Assembly (NCBI GenBank): GCA_000934665.2
Contig: JYFJ02003920.1
Span: 1-36,410 of the forward strand
Direction: 5' to 3'
Origin: Catajapyx aquilonaris
Lineage: Eukaryota
DNA: 36,410 bases
Both the position numbers and the translations under genes were made by a program. How positions within the stretch are numbered: position 1 is the stretch's first letter; each line of letters begins with the position of its first letter. The notes under the pieces were generated by a model. It made no database searches. It had not been told where the DNA came from and worked only from the letters and a program-made list of their open reading frames with translations. Positions 11,176 to 21,511 of the stretch are shown piece by piece.

Positions 11176-13644
11176 ATGACTGAGAGGTCAACACTAAATT
11201 CAAAGAAGAAGGGCAGTTATGGTACGGTCGACTACCAGAGGCTGCAGGATGAGGACCAGCCTAATCAAAGGTATCGGTATGTCGTTGCCCTATGATGTGT
11301 TCCAACCTAACTGTTTCAAACCATCAGAAGACCAGATGGTACTCGGTACGGATTAATCGTGGCAGTGGTCAGCGTCCTGTGCGTGGCCGGAATGGCCGCT
11401 GGGTTAGGCACAGGGCTTCCTCCTCTTCTGGCCAAATTGGACGCCATCAGGTCTGTTTATCCGCCTGACCCACGAGTGCCATTAGGTCCATCCACTTCCG
11501 AAGAAGGACATTACAAACATGCGGCTGTCAGTAGTGACTCCCAGATATGCTCAGACATTGGAAGGTAACTATTTACATGCACCTGATGTCTGTATATATA
11601 CAATGCAATGTCGTAGGGACATCATGCAGAAGAACGGATCTGCAGTGGACTCAGCCATCGCAACAGCCCTGTGTCTCGGAGTGATTCTGCCTCACAACAC
11701 TGGCATTGGAGGAGGATTTCTGATGACAATCTACAAGAGTGAGAACAAGTCAGCCATTGTCCTGAACTCCAGGGAGACAGCTCCAGCAGCCGCTTTTAGA
11801 GACATGTTTGATGGAAACGCCAACAAGAGTGAAAGAGGTCTGTGCTGCTGATCAATCTTACGTCCCTTTACATAACAGACAATGTCTTTCGCAGGAGGAC
11901 TGGCTGTAGCAGTTCCATCTGAAATCATTGGGTTCGACCAAGCACACAGAGAGTTCGGACAACTCCCATGGTCCGAACTGGTAGAACCAACAGCCAAATT
12001 GTGTGAAGATGGAATTGCTGTGCATCCATCATTGGACGAAGCTCTTAGAAAGACTGAGGCAATAGTACGAGCCGATCCAGGACTCAGGTGAGGACATTGT
12101 TATCTATACCTCTGATAAGTGACTCAGCAGTTTGGCTGAGGGTCAAGCAGCATGTGTAAAAGTGACTCTTCAGTTCAGTGTTTGTCAACGCAACTACTGG
12201 CCGACTTCTTGTGAAAGGAGAGGTGTTCAAATGCCCAAAATTGGCCCAGACTCTTCGTACCATTGCTCAGAATGGCGCCCAGGAACTCATCACAGGCAAT
12301 TTGGCATCACTGCTTGTGGAAGACATTCAATCACAGGAAGGAATAGTTACGATGGATGACCTGGCTAATTATACGTAAGTGTCTCTCACTAAGGATTGAT
12401 TCTTTATTATCACTTCTCATGGAGATTGTATGGATGTTCTCAGGGTACGGTTTGAGGATCCGACCATTATTGACTACAATGACAAGTACACAATGTTCAG
12501 CGTGCCACCACCTGGAAGCGGGCCTGTATTGGGCTTCATCCTGAACATCATGGAAGGATATGGGTACACTCCGGAGATGCTTGACAGCCTCAGCAACAAT
12601 GTGACCTTTTACCACCTGGTGACCGAGTCGTTCAAATTTGCTTACGGAGCCAGGACCAGGCTTGGTGACCAACACTACGTCAATGTCACAGAGGTGAGTC
12701 TTAGTAATAATATTGTCAGTAGATAAGTGACTGGACATTTATTTGACAGCTGCTAAGTAAAATGGCGAGCAAGGACTTCGCTGTTGAAATCCGTGGAAAG
12801 ATAGACATCTGGAAGACCCACAAGAACGCTTCGTATTACGGTGGTGATTTCGAAGGACCTTTTGACCAGGGGACGACTCACCTATCGGTTGTGTCACCAA
12901 ATGGCGATGCAGTGGCAGTCACAAGCACCATCAATGCATTGTGAGTTGTCTTTCTGATCAATGTGAATCTGGGTTCACACAACTTTTGTTTCAGCTTCGG
13001 AGCCGGTTTCATGTCACCTCAAACCGGCATCATTCTGAATAATGAAATGGACGACTTTTCATCACCAAACGTGACCAGCATGCCTGGACTGCCACCATCA
13101 CCAGCCAATTTCATCAAGCCTGGAAAGAGACCATTGTCTTCCATGGCACCAAGCGTCTTCATCGACAAAGCCAGTGGTGAGGTCAGACTCGTCGTTGGTG
13201 GGTCCGGAGCAACGACCATAACTACGTCCATAGCACAGGTAATTACATTCAAAATTAACGTAAAAGCATTGTCTCCCAACGAGCTAATATTTTACAGGTG
13301 GTGATGAACAACTTGTGGTTGGAACAAGGTGTGAAAGAATCAATCGACACTCCAAGAATTCATCATCAACTCATTCCCATGGTTGTCAGCTACGAATATG
13401 GTTTCCTCGAGGTATTACATAATGTTGCTAACTTATAAAAATATTTTCAACCCACTGTCTAAACAGGAGGAATCACCTTTTCCATTCGTTAACATTGTTG
13501 CAGCCATATGTACAGGGACTTCGAAGAAGACGCCATATTGCGAAACGGTTTCATCCCGGAAGGATAAACGCCATTTCTAAGAAGTCTTCTAATATATCCG
13601 CAAATGCTGATTACAGAAAAAATGGCGGCGTCTCTGGATTTTGA
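11176..13644 (+). CDS. Ggt: Gamma-glutamyltranspeptidase (glutathione hydrolase), type II membrane, ~628 aa, proximal terminal exon isoform
   Basis: Exons 11176-11270 (or 11276), 11328-11564, 11617-11837, 11895-12087, 12174-12374, 12444-12693, 12750-12940, 12995-13238, 13298-13411, 13504-13644; 1887 nt. N-terminal TM ([19 protein letters not shown]), [22 protein letters not shown], autocleavage site [31 protein letters not shown] and C-terminal ADYRK.GG. Confidence 0.95.
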
Positions 13645-13647
13645 CAT

Positions 13648-13653
13648 AATAAA
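13648..13653 (+). terminator. Candidate polyadenylation signal after GGT terminal exon A
   Basis: AATAAA begins 4 nt after the TGA at 13642-13644. Confidence 0.5.
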
Positions 13654-14108
13654 CGAGTAGACTTCAAACTGTGAGAAATCAGAGCAAATGATCGGTTTTG
13701 CACGTTCTGCATGTAGCAAGTTCCACTCTATGAAATGTGCATGTTTTTGAAGCATCATTGAGGCATTTAGTCATTATTATATTCTAATTTTTGCAATGCA
13801 ATAATAACAGAAAATGGTCCAGTACAATAATGTTCACAGGTTGTTCGCAATAATTTATTATTTAAAAAAATACCAATTGCAATGCTTGCATGAGTCACCA
13901 GCATGTACTTTTTTTAAACACAAAAAATCAGTAAATATTAATTAGAAAAATAATTCGCACTGGCGGGATTAGATCGTCCAACCCTCGGAAACAAAAACAC
14001 TGCATGACGCAAGCATCGGCTTGCGGATACTGCGCCCCCTGCATGGCATATATCAAAGTACCTGTTACAACAATACTTACGTAATGTGATTTTATTTTTA
14101 TTTTCCAG

Positions 14109-14252
14109 CAATATGTACGTGGATTGCGGAGGCGAGGTCATGTTGTGAAGAGAGGGGATGTGGGCAGGATCTGCGCCATTTCGAAAACATCGCCTGATGA
14201 CCTGTACGCCAATGCTGATTACAGGAAATGGGGTGGAGTAGCCGGGTTTTGA
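14109..14252 (+). CDS. Ggt: Duplicated alternative terminal exon (B) of GGT
   Basis: Strong acceptor TTTTATTTTTATTTTCCAG, phase 0. Encodes QYVRGLRRRGHVVKRGDVGRICAISKTSPDDLYANADYRKWGGVAGF*, paralogous to exon 13504-13644. AATAAA at 14468-14473. Confidence 0.85.
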   Translation, partial: QYVRGLRRRGHVVKRGDVGRICAISKTSPDDLYANADYRKWGGVAGF

Positions 14253-15319
14253 TGGGCTATCAGGAGGTTTTAATTATTGCGATTGATTGTAATCATAGGG
14301 TTTGGCGCAATTGTTTCTACTTAAACTGAGCAGCCCAAGCAAACATGGTAGCAGTATTTTCAGTAGAATGGAGCCGCGGTTGGTTGTGTAATGCTCAAAT
14401 TGTTGATTTGTTCAGTAAATTATGTTTTATGATCAAATTTTTATAATGTTGTTATTAAAAGGCAAGCAATAAAGACGACTACCTCTTATAGTGTGTGCAA
14501 TATATTATTTTGATTGACACATAATGATATTCATAATCACTGGTTTTATTGTTCTGCCAATAATGTTAAAAGGTGCATCATGTACATATTATATCACAAT
14601 ATTATTGTGTACAAAATCTGAAAATGTTATTAGAAAACTACAAAATTATTACGGAACTACAATTCAGGCCACATTTTTTGCATGGAGAGTTTTTTTTAAA
14701 GACTGAAGTAATAACTCTCACCAATATCAATTTGATCATTCTGAAGGCCAAAATATATAAGCTACTCAAAATTGCTAAAAGCCAATTTTGCAAAATAGTA
14801 TGCTAAATTTTCACTGAATAAATACTTATTTAGGTAGCATATAATTTACCAAATTACCCAGTTCATAACATGGAGATGATGCTAATACTTTACACCAAAG
14901 AGGAATTATTTTTTTAATAAACCATCCATGGTTTTGGACATTAATTCCAATAATGCATATCAATTATCTTTATCCACATTAATCATTCAATAGCCAACAG
15001 TCATAAATAGAACCAGAAACCTCATTCGGATTATGTGAAGAGAACGATGAATATTCAAGCTTCAAAACTTTAAAATGTTATTATTTTTTTTGTACCAGCA
15101 AGGAATGCTACATTAAATCATTGACGCTTTTACTAAACTCGTAAGCCAATGACGTTATTTTCTTGATATAAATGTTACTCACGTTACTGTACATTTACTG
15201 TACATAGTCACGCCATTTAATCACAGACAAAATCATGATGACGCCCATACTCCAAAACTGCATATAAAGCATCCTGAATAATTATGCGACTGTACTGCAA
15301 ACATTAGTACCGGTACTCT

Positions 15320-17198
15320 TCAGACGTTGACAATACTGTCGCGTGTAGCATCGCCATTCTTGGTTGGCTTCTTCCCAGCCATCTTCAACTTCTCCTGCAT
15401 TTGTGTCAGCATATCTTGCATACGACGAATCTGAAATGATTTGCATATGTTACATGTCCCTTAAACACAACATGGACAACCATACCTCCTCATCCTTTTG
15501 TAAAAGAAGCCTATCTGTCTCTGTTACGTTTTCAAACCCAACACCAGATTCCCTCTTCAGCTTGCTGCAAAAACACACTTCATTTTAGAACCGGTCATAA
15601 GTTACACAGAGATCACATACCTTCTTTCCCTGAGTGCGTGTTGTGATATTTGAGAGATACACTGAGCCCTGAAGTTCTCATAGTGCACATCCTGAGTCAC
15701 ATCCTTCAAGTCTTGCATATGAGTCGAGATGAGCATTGTCCTCAGTTTGATGAAGTCGCTGTGCTTGGGGTTCTCAACTATGTGAAATTACAATGGTTAG
15801 TAAACAGGCACGATTTGACTGACCTTTTCCGTACCTTCCACAATTCCCCATGGGTACTGCCGTCCTCTGACCTTCCGTCCATTGGCGTCAATCACCGTGT
15901 TGCTGGACACCACAGCAAAAGGAACGGACGCCTTCATCTCCTTGTCCTGCTGCTTGAAGTCATCATCTTCATCACTGTCACACTCTGGGAACTTGTAAAT
16001 CTATGGACAAACATCCAAATATAAAATCTTTAGTGCCACTCCAATCGCGTCATACTGCTAGCGACATTTTTCGATGCGGCAGACTTGCAAATCGAAGTGC
16101 GAGCCGTGCGAATCAGAAGAGGTAGGCCTTGGGTGACGTCACTGGCTGGGGGGCAATGGAGACAAAGGCTTGTCCGATGCCGGTGACGTCACCAAGGCCT
16201 ACCATTTCTTTCTCCCAAGGCTCGCTCTCTATCACTTCTATTTGCACGTCTGCCCTATATCGGAAAATGTCGCGTCGTAGTGCACCCCACAAAATATGCT
16301 GCAACTATACCTGAATTTTGTGATCTTCAACATCCTCCATGATTCGCTCTTTGAGTCTTTTGATTTCAGGAGCAGTTAAAGTGTCAGCCTTTGCGATGAT
16401 CGGCACAATGTTCACTTTCTGGTGAAGACGCCTCATGAACTCCAGGTCGATCTGACGAAGGCTGAAGAATAACATTTACACTCATATACACCACCAGAAA
16501 CATGCTGCGTACCTGTGTCCATACGGTGGAATAAAGTAGAGGCAGCAATGGACACGGTTGTCCTGAATATTCCTCCTGTTCAATCCACTTTCGTCTTGGA
16601 AATATTGACGAAATTGTTCGTCGATGTAAGCACCGCATGATCTCCAGCTCTCATCGCAGTTTAGCGCATCCCCAAAACCTGTTAACAAATGTGTAGGCTA
16701 ATTATATGACAAATTGTCACTCTCCAAAATATCCTGTACCTGGAGTATCCACAACAGTCAGCCTCAACTTGACCCCTTTTTCTTCAATCTCCATCATTTT
16801 CTTCTCAATATTCGTCGTCTTCTCAATTCGATCTGAAACCAATTTTGATCACACATGTTCAACAATTAGGCTGATAAAAATTACCTTGAACATTGGTCAG
16901 CTTCCTGTCCTTGTACAGATCCGTAAGGAAGAGACTGTTGATCAACGTGGACTTGCCCAAACCAGATTCGCCCACCACCATCAAGGTAAACTCGAATCCT
17001 TTCTTCACCGACTTCCGATGCACTTGTTCAGGAAGTGTCGCAAACCCAATGTAATCCCGATCTCCCTGAAAACAATATTGTTACATAATTTTCGTAACAA
17101 TCAGGTCATATACTCACAATCTGAACACTAAACCTTCTTTTCGGCCCATTAATCTTCCCTTTTCTCAATGGCTTAGGATGAGGCGCAGGACGCTGCAT
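15320..17198 (-). CDS. Sep4: Septin, SEPT2 group (Sep4 / SEPT4-5-like), ~394 aa, proximal-start isoform
   Basis: Exons 17198-17118, 17065-16885, 16832-16740, 16678-16513, 16461-16311, 16000-15835, 15777-15621, 15564-15486, 15430-15320; 1185 nt. Motifs [24 protein letters not shown]1 [10 protein letters not shown]3 DTPGFGD, G4 AKAD, septin unique element [30 protein letters not shown] and a C-terminal coiled coil. Confidence 0.93.
16055..16280. mobile_element. MITE in a septin intron, same family as 3137-3244
   Basis: Starts TA|CTGCTAGCGACATTTTTCGAT and ends ATCGGAAAATGTCGCGTCGTAG; internal inverted repeat GGTAGGCCTTGGGTGACGTCAC / GTGACGTCACCAAGGCCTACC. Confidence 0.75.
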
Positions 17199-17931
17199 TA
17201 TTGTCACACTTCCGACCCAACAATAAATCCACCACGTTTGTCTCACCCACTACGTAGTGCCAATTAATTCATCGCCGCCCAGACTTGACTCAACCAATTT
17301 GAACACATGCAGAAACACCACGTGACAATATGTGTGGGCGACACCCCCATAAATTCAGATCTAATCTCGACACATTTATAGCGTTAGATTAAATAGATTC
17401 GGACAAAATATTAAAAATAGTTCCGCACAGTTTGGATCAGTCCCACCGACTGGTCTGCACAATGAGTCCACGTGACCTCGTCACCAACGGATGTTGCCAG
17501 TTGACCCTCAAATTATACCAAGGTTTGGCTGAGATTGAAAACGTGCCAATTAATACTAATGCAATAATAATTAACCCATTTTAAAATTTGTGTGGATACA
17601 ACCAGCCCACGTATACCGATGCAGAAGTGGCAACGTTTGCTTTTATTTACAACGGAGCTCAAAGACCTCGGTATCACATTTCCACCCTCTGAAAAGGAAA
17701 CTGAATACCCTTCTATACAATGCATGGTCCACCCCTCACGTGTATACGAACAGGACCCAAACTCTCCCCTTCACAGTCCATAACTTTCAATTGATATTTA
17801 ATTGGGCATGATCAGGACATGTCCTACGCACACATGAATCATTGATGAGATACAGACGCACACATGTCAAGAGGATGTGTAATCAAAAGTTTGATCCCAT
17901 GTGTTGATCCTATTAGTTACTAAGCAACCAT

Positions 17932-19623
17932 ATGGATATAAAAACCAGAGATAATGCTCCAGTTTTGGTCATAATGATGGTGGGTGTAGCCATTGTTGCA
18001 TTGTCTCACATCTACGGATTTGCAGGGATATTGAATCAATTGCTGGAGTCATCTGAAGTGGCTAATTGTAGTGTCAGGTTGGCTGAAGATGGTACCGGTA
18101 CGGTGTTGTATGATCTGATGAAACAACTAGATTTGAAGTACAGATCTGTTGAGATTGGACAAGCATCGATGACGTTGGCTCAAAAACGGAACAGTTGCAA
18201 CGTGAATGTCATCTTGGTCAACAAAAGTCACCGGTATGTCCACCAATACCACCCGTATACAATTTTACGCAATACATTTTATTATAGGTTACCATGGGAT
18301 TGGACATGGAGACCAGCCGACTTCTACGTTGTTCGCATACGACACGACATATTCCGGTCCTTCTACAGCCCCTGGAAAGTATGGCCCAAGTACACCACAT
18401 TCGCTGTCGAGCACCCAGAAGGAACTGCCCTGTACTCCGTCTGTCATTTTTGTCCGAACGGTCGTAATGTCCTAGTACCGATTGCCGGTACATTTTTCCC
18501 AGATTCGACCAGACATCTTCATGGTAACGTACTGGTGGTCCAAAACGCAATTAGGGGCGTAGTTAATTACCTGTCAGATGCACTTGATTTTCGAGTGTTC
18601 AGTTGCCCGTACACACCATGCTACTCGGACATCGGGATTCACCACACCATAATGCACCAGAAGAAGAGCACGGTGGTGTACACATCGCCGTACCTGTTCG
18701 GCCGCATCGCCTTCGCAGTCTCTCGTCCAAAGGCCGACTTTAGCTGGAAGGCCGTGGTACGACCCTTCACACCGACAGCATGGTTGTACCTCTTCTCACT
18801 CTTCGTCCTGGCCTACGTGACCATACTCGGATTCGACAAAGCCACCAGTTCATCCTCCGGGTCACCGATGCAGCGGTATATCATACCCCCGCTGTTCTAC
18901 CAAGGTATACGTTTCCCGACTCATCCGGTCATCCGCTGTTTCCTGACCTTCTGGTGCTGCTTCTGTCTGGTCATCAGCACCGCCTTCACATCCAAGCTGA
19001 CCTCCTTCATCATCATACCTGAGCACCTTCTGGTCGGATCGTTGGAGGAACTGCCAGGTCAAGGGTACCGATGGGGCACGCCATACCATCTACAAACAGG
19101 CCGTCACTTCCTCAACTTCTCCGGAACCTCGACGTACCAGAAGGTGGTTGACCTTCTGGAACACGAGGACAGCGTGGACCGTTGTCTCCAGCGTGCTCTG
19201 GAGGAACGTTTCGCCTGCATCCACCAGGAAGACATCCTGAGGAACACAGCTTTGTTGCACTTCACCAACCCGGACGGTATGGGCCAACACATCCAACAAT
19301 ACTCTGAGCTACCACCGTTCATGATGACCCTCAGCATGCCCCGTGGGTCACCTTTGTTCGGGTCAATGAGCCAGGTTGTCGCCCGGTACATCTCGGGCCA
19401 CTTTTACCACCAATTTGCTCGACGGAACACTGAGGAGGCCAAGTTGAAAGGTCGAAGACGTGCTCAATTGAATGGCACTGTTAATGAAGAGGTCAGGGCT
19501 ACTAAGCCAATTAATATGGGTCAATTAGAAGGACCTTTCGTGGCTCTGGTCACCGGAATGGGGTTGTCAACCGTGGTGTTTCTGACAGAAATCCTCCGTT
19601 GCTGCCCACAAATCCGGCGATAA
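17932..19623 (+). CDS. Divergent ionotropic receptor (IR, variant iGluR family), intronless, 563 aa
   Basis: Single ORF. Hydrophobic N-terminus (true start may be the MM at 17974), S1 end YTSPYLFGRIAFAVSRP, pre-M1/M1 WKAVVRPFTPTAW, M3 RCFLTFWCCFCLVISTAFTSKLTSFI.IP, S2 lobe, and M4 PINMGQLEGPFVALVTGMGLSTVVFLTEIL. Confidence 0.9.
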   Translation: MDIKTRDNAPVLVIMMVGVAIVALSHIYGFAGILNQLLESSEVANCSVRLAEDGTGTVLYDLMKQLDLKYRSVEIGQASMTLAQKRNSCNVNVILVNKSHRYVHQYHPYTILRNTFYYRLPWDWTWRPADFYVVRIRHDIFRSFYSPWKVWPKYTTFAVEHPEGTALYSVCHFCPNGRNVLVPIAGTFFPDSTRHLHGNVLVVQNAIRGVVNYLSDALDFRVFSCPYTPCYSDIGIHHTIMHQKKSTVVYTSPYLFGRIAFAVSRPKADFSWKAVVRPFTPTAWLYLFSLFVLAYVTILGFDKATSSSSGSPMQRYIIPPLFYQGIRFPTHPVIRCFLTFWCCFCLVISTAFTSKLTSFIIIPEHLLVGSLEELPGQGYRWGTPYHLQTGRHFLNFSGTSTYQKVVDLLEHEDSVDRCLQRALEERFACIHQEDILRNTALLHFTNPDGMGQHIQQYSELPPFMMTLSMPRGSPLFGSMSQVVARYISGHFYHQFARRNTEEAKLKGRRRAQLNGTVNEEVRATKPINMGQLEGPFVALVTGMGLSTVVFLTEILRCCPQIRR

Positions 19624-19734
19624 CAACAGTCGTCTCAATTTAGATTTGACCTCCGTCTAAAAATGTCTTGGCGTCGTCCCACTTCCGCGTCTCACAGCAC
19701 ACATTTTCAAAAAAAACCAACAATGGTCACTCAC

Positions 19735-20043
19735 CTCAGTTCCTGTCGGGTCCATCAGCGGATGGTTTTGGTGTTTGGCCCAATAAGCAGCCGAGAAGCC
19801 GAGGTCACCAGGAGGGCATGAAAGACAAAATGCATTTTTTAGAGTATCGGACAAACTCTGTTGGTCAGCCGGTTGTTGCTGGACAGGCTGCTGTGGCGGC
19901 ACGTGAATCAAGTGACCTCCAGGTGACCTCATCGGAGGCTGGATAGTGGTCACCTGCTGACTGGGACTAGGTGACCGTCGCATTGTGAAGAAATGGGACG
20001 CGGGTTTGATTGACAACTCTAGATCTAACGAGTTGTCCACCAT
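19735..20043 (-). CDS. Sep4: Probable alternative 5' coding exon of the septin
   Basis: 103 open codons (MVDNSLDLELS...PLMDPTGTE) end exactly at a consensus GAG|GTGAGT donor in phase 0, matching the phase-0 acceptor at 17065. Pro/Gln/Ser-rich like septin N-terminal extensions. A further phase-0 mini-exon MSSVEPWQ (20269-20246, CAG|GTGAGG) lies upstream. Confidence 0.6.
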
Positions 20044-20461
20044 CTATTATTGCTCTATGAATTTATAGACGCGGTAGTCAGATAACAATCTGGTTTGACT
20101 CCTGAGGACACACTGTTTCAACTAACCTTTCAGTCTAAATATCAGCTTGGCCTTTTACCATAAGGTCATCACCAAGAGGAAGAATAGAAAATGTCAACAA
20201 GAGGTCACCTGCTATACCACCCTCTATAATTATGTTGGTCCTCACCTGCCATGGCTCCACACTCGACATACAGCGACTGTTTCACACACTGAAACCCATA
20301 GAGACGCCCTCTCTTTCTCTCTCTTCCTCCACCCTCTTCCCCTCACCCTCCCCTCCCCTTTCTCATTGACCATGCTTATTGATCTCTGCGCCAGGAAACA
20401 TTGAATTGTCATCGCGCGCCAGTTGGAAATCCGGATGTAATCCGGGAGTCCGGATTCCCAT

Positions 20462-20728
20462 CACTGGAAAATTTTTTCCACTTGCATGAAAATAGGTGGA
20501 AAAATTGTGTCACATGTCGCAATATGTAGGCCATACTGCACAGAAATAAATAGATGAAAATAAATGTTGCTGATGTTCATTTCAGCTGAGTTGTCTCCAA
20601 TTATAAGTGGAAAATTGGCGAAACTGATTGTGACTGAAAAAAATTATTCCGCCTAAATAAGTGGAAAATTTTTCCGCTTATTATTTATTAAGGGGAAAGA
20701 TGTCAATTTTCCGCTTATTATTTAAGTG
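20462..20728. repeat. Cluster of short AAGTGGAAAA / TTTTCCGCTTA motifs in both orientations, probable decayed MITE
   Basis: Motif recurs at about 20472, 20495, 20605, 20647, 20659, 20669 and 20707; region begins CACTG and ends AAGTG-TA. TIRs are weak. Confidence 0.4.
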
Positions 20729-20996
20729 TAGACTGTTAGTAGAGTGCTCAACGACTTGATGTTACGCGATGGGAGTGATGCCCGAAGTTGGCACGTGTGA
20801 CATGTAAAAATATGTAACCGTGCCAAGGGCGGTTCTTCCGGGATTTGCATACTATTATTAGGCGTAAATTCTGCCAAGAACTAGTTTGCGCACTAAGTAG
20901 GCACACTAAGTAGCAATTAACTATCTAATACCATATAATAATGCGCCTCTCTGAATTTGACGATTATTTATCCACATTTAAAAGGAGGCTGGACCC

Positions 20997-21298
20997 AAAA
21001 TGGCGGCCGAATGTTAACACACCCCAATCGTACTGACCACTCGCATCTGATTGGTCCATCGCCCCAAATGCAGGTCAGCGATTGGTTCTTCTCTCTAACG
21101 CTGTGAGTGGCTACACCGAGCAGCTGGCGATGATGACGTCATGACAAAGGCACGTGCGACAATGCTCCTTGAAGGTATGCCACCCTCTCCGTACACTTCT
21201 AGTGTCCCTGTCCCCGTTTCCGTTCCGAGAATTTGCTTACTCAATCGGCCGACCCTTGGGTGACTCACTCCTCTGGCAGGGTTGACGTCACCCGCCCC
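20997..21298. promoter_or_regulatory. Motif-rich promoter region between the divergent septin (distal start) and testin genes
   Basis: YY1-type AAAATGGCGGCC 20997-21008; CCAAT/ATTGG at 21024, 21050 and 21081; full CRE TGACGTCA at 21134 and 21283; AP-1 TGACTCA at 21261; GC box 21291-21298. Confidence 0.55.
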
Positions 21299-21511
21299 CA
21301 ACCAGCAAGGATCATTAGCCAGGCAGCAGATCCAACAAGTGGTTGCAGCACACATCTACTGCAGGGTTTATCTTATCTGGAGATATCGGCAGGTAATACC
21401 TGGTGACGTACACTGTACATTCAACAACCGCTGTTCAGTACAAAGAAACGGCAAAGGAAGGTGTAAGTCGTGCGCATCTTAGTCGTGCGGTACTGGTACG
21501 ACCCATTCGTA

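Noticed and set aside
17118..17149. ATG at 17149 as the septin start
   Set aside because: It gives phase 2 at the donor, incompatible with phase-0 exon 2; the ATG at 17198 fits.
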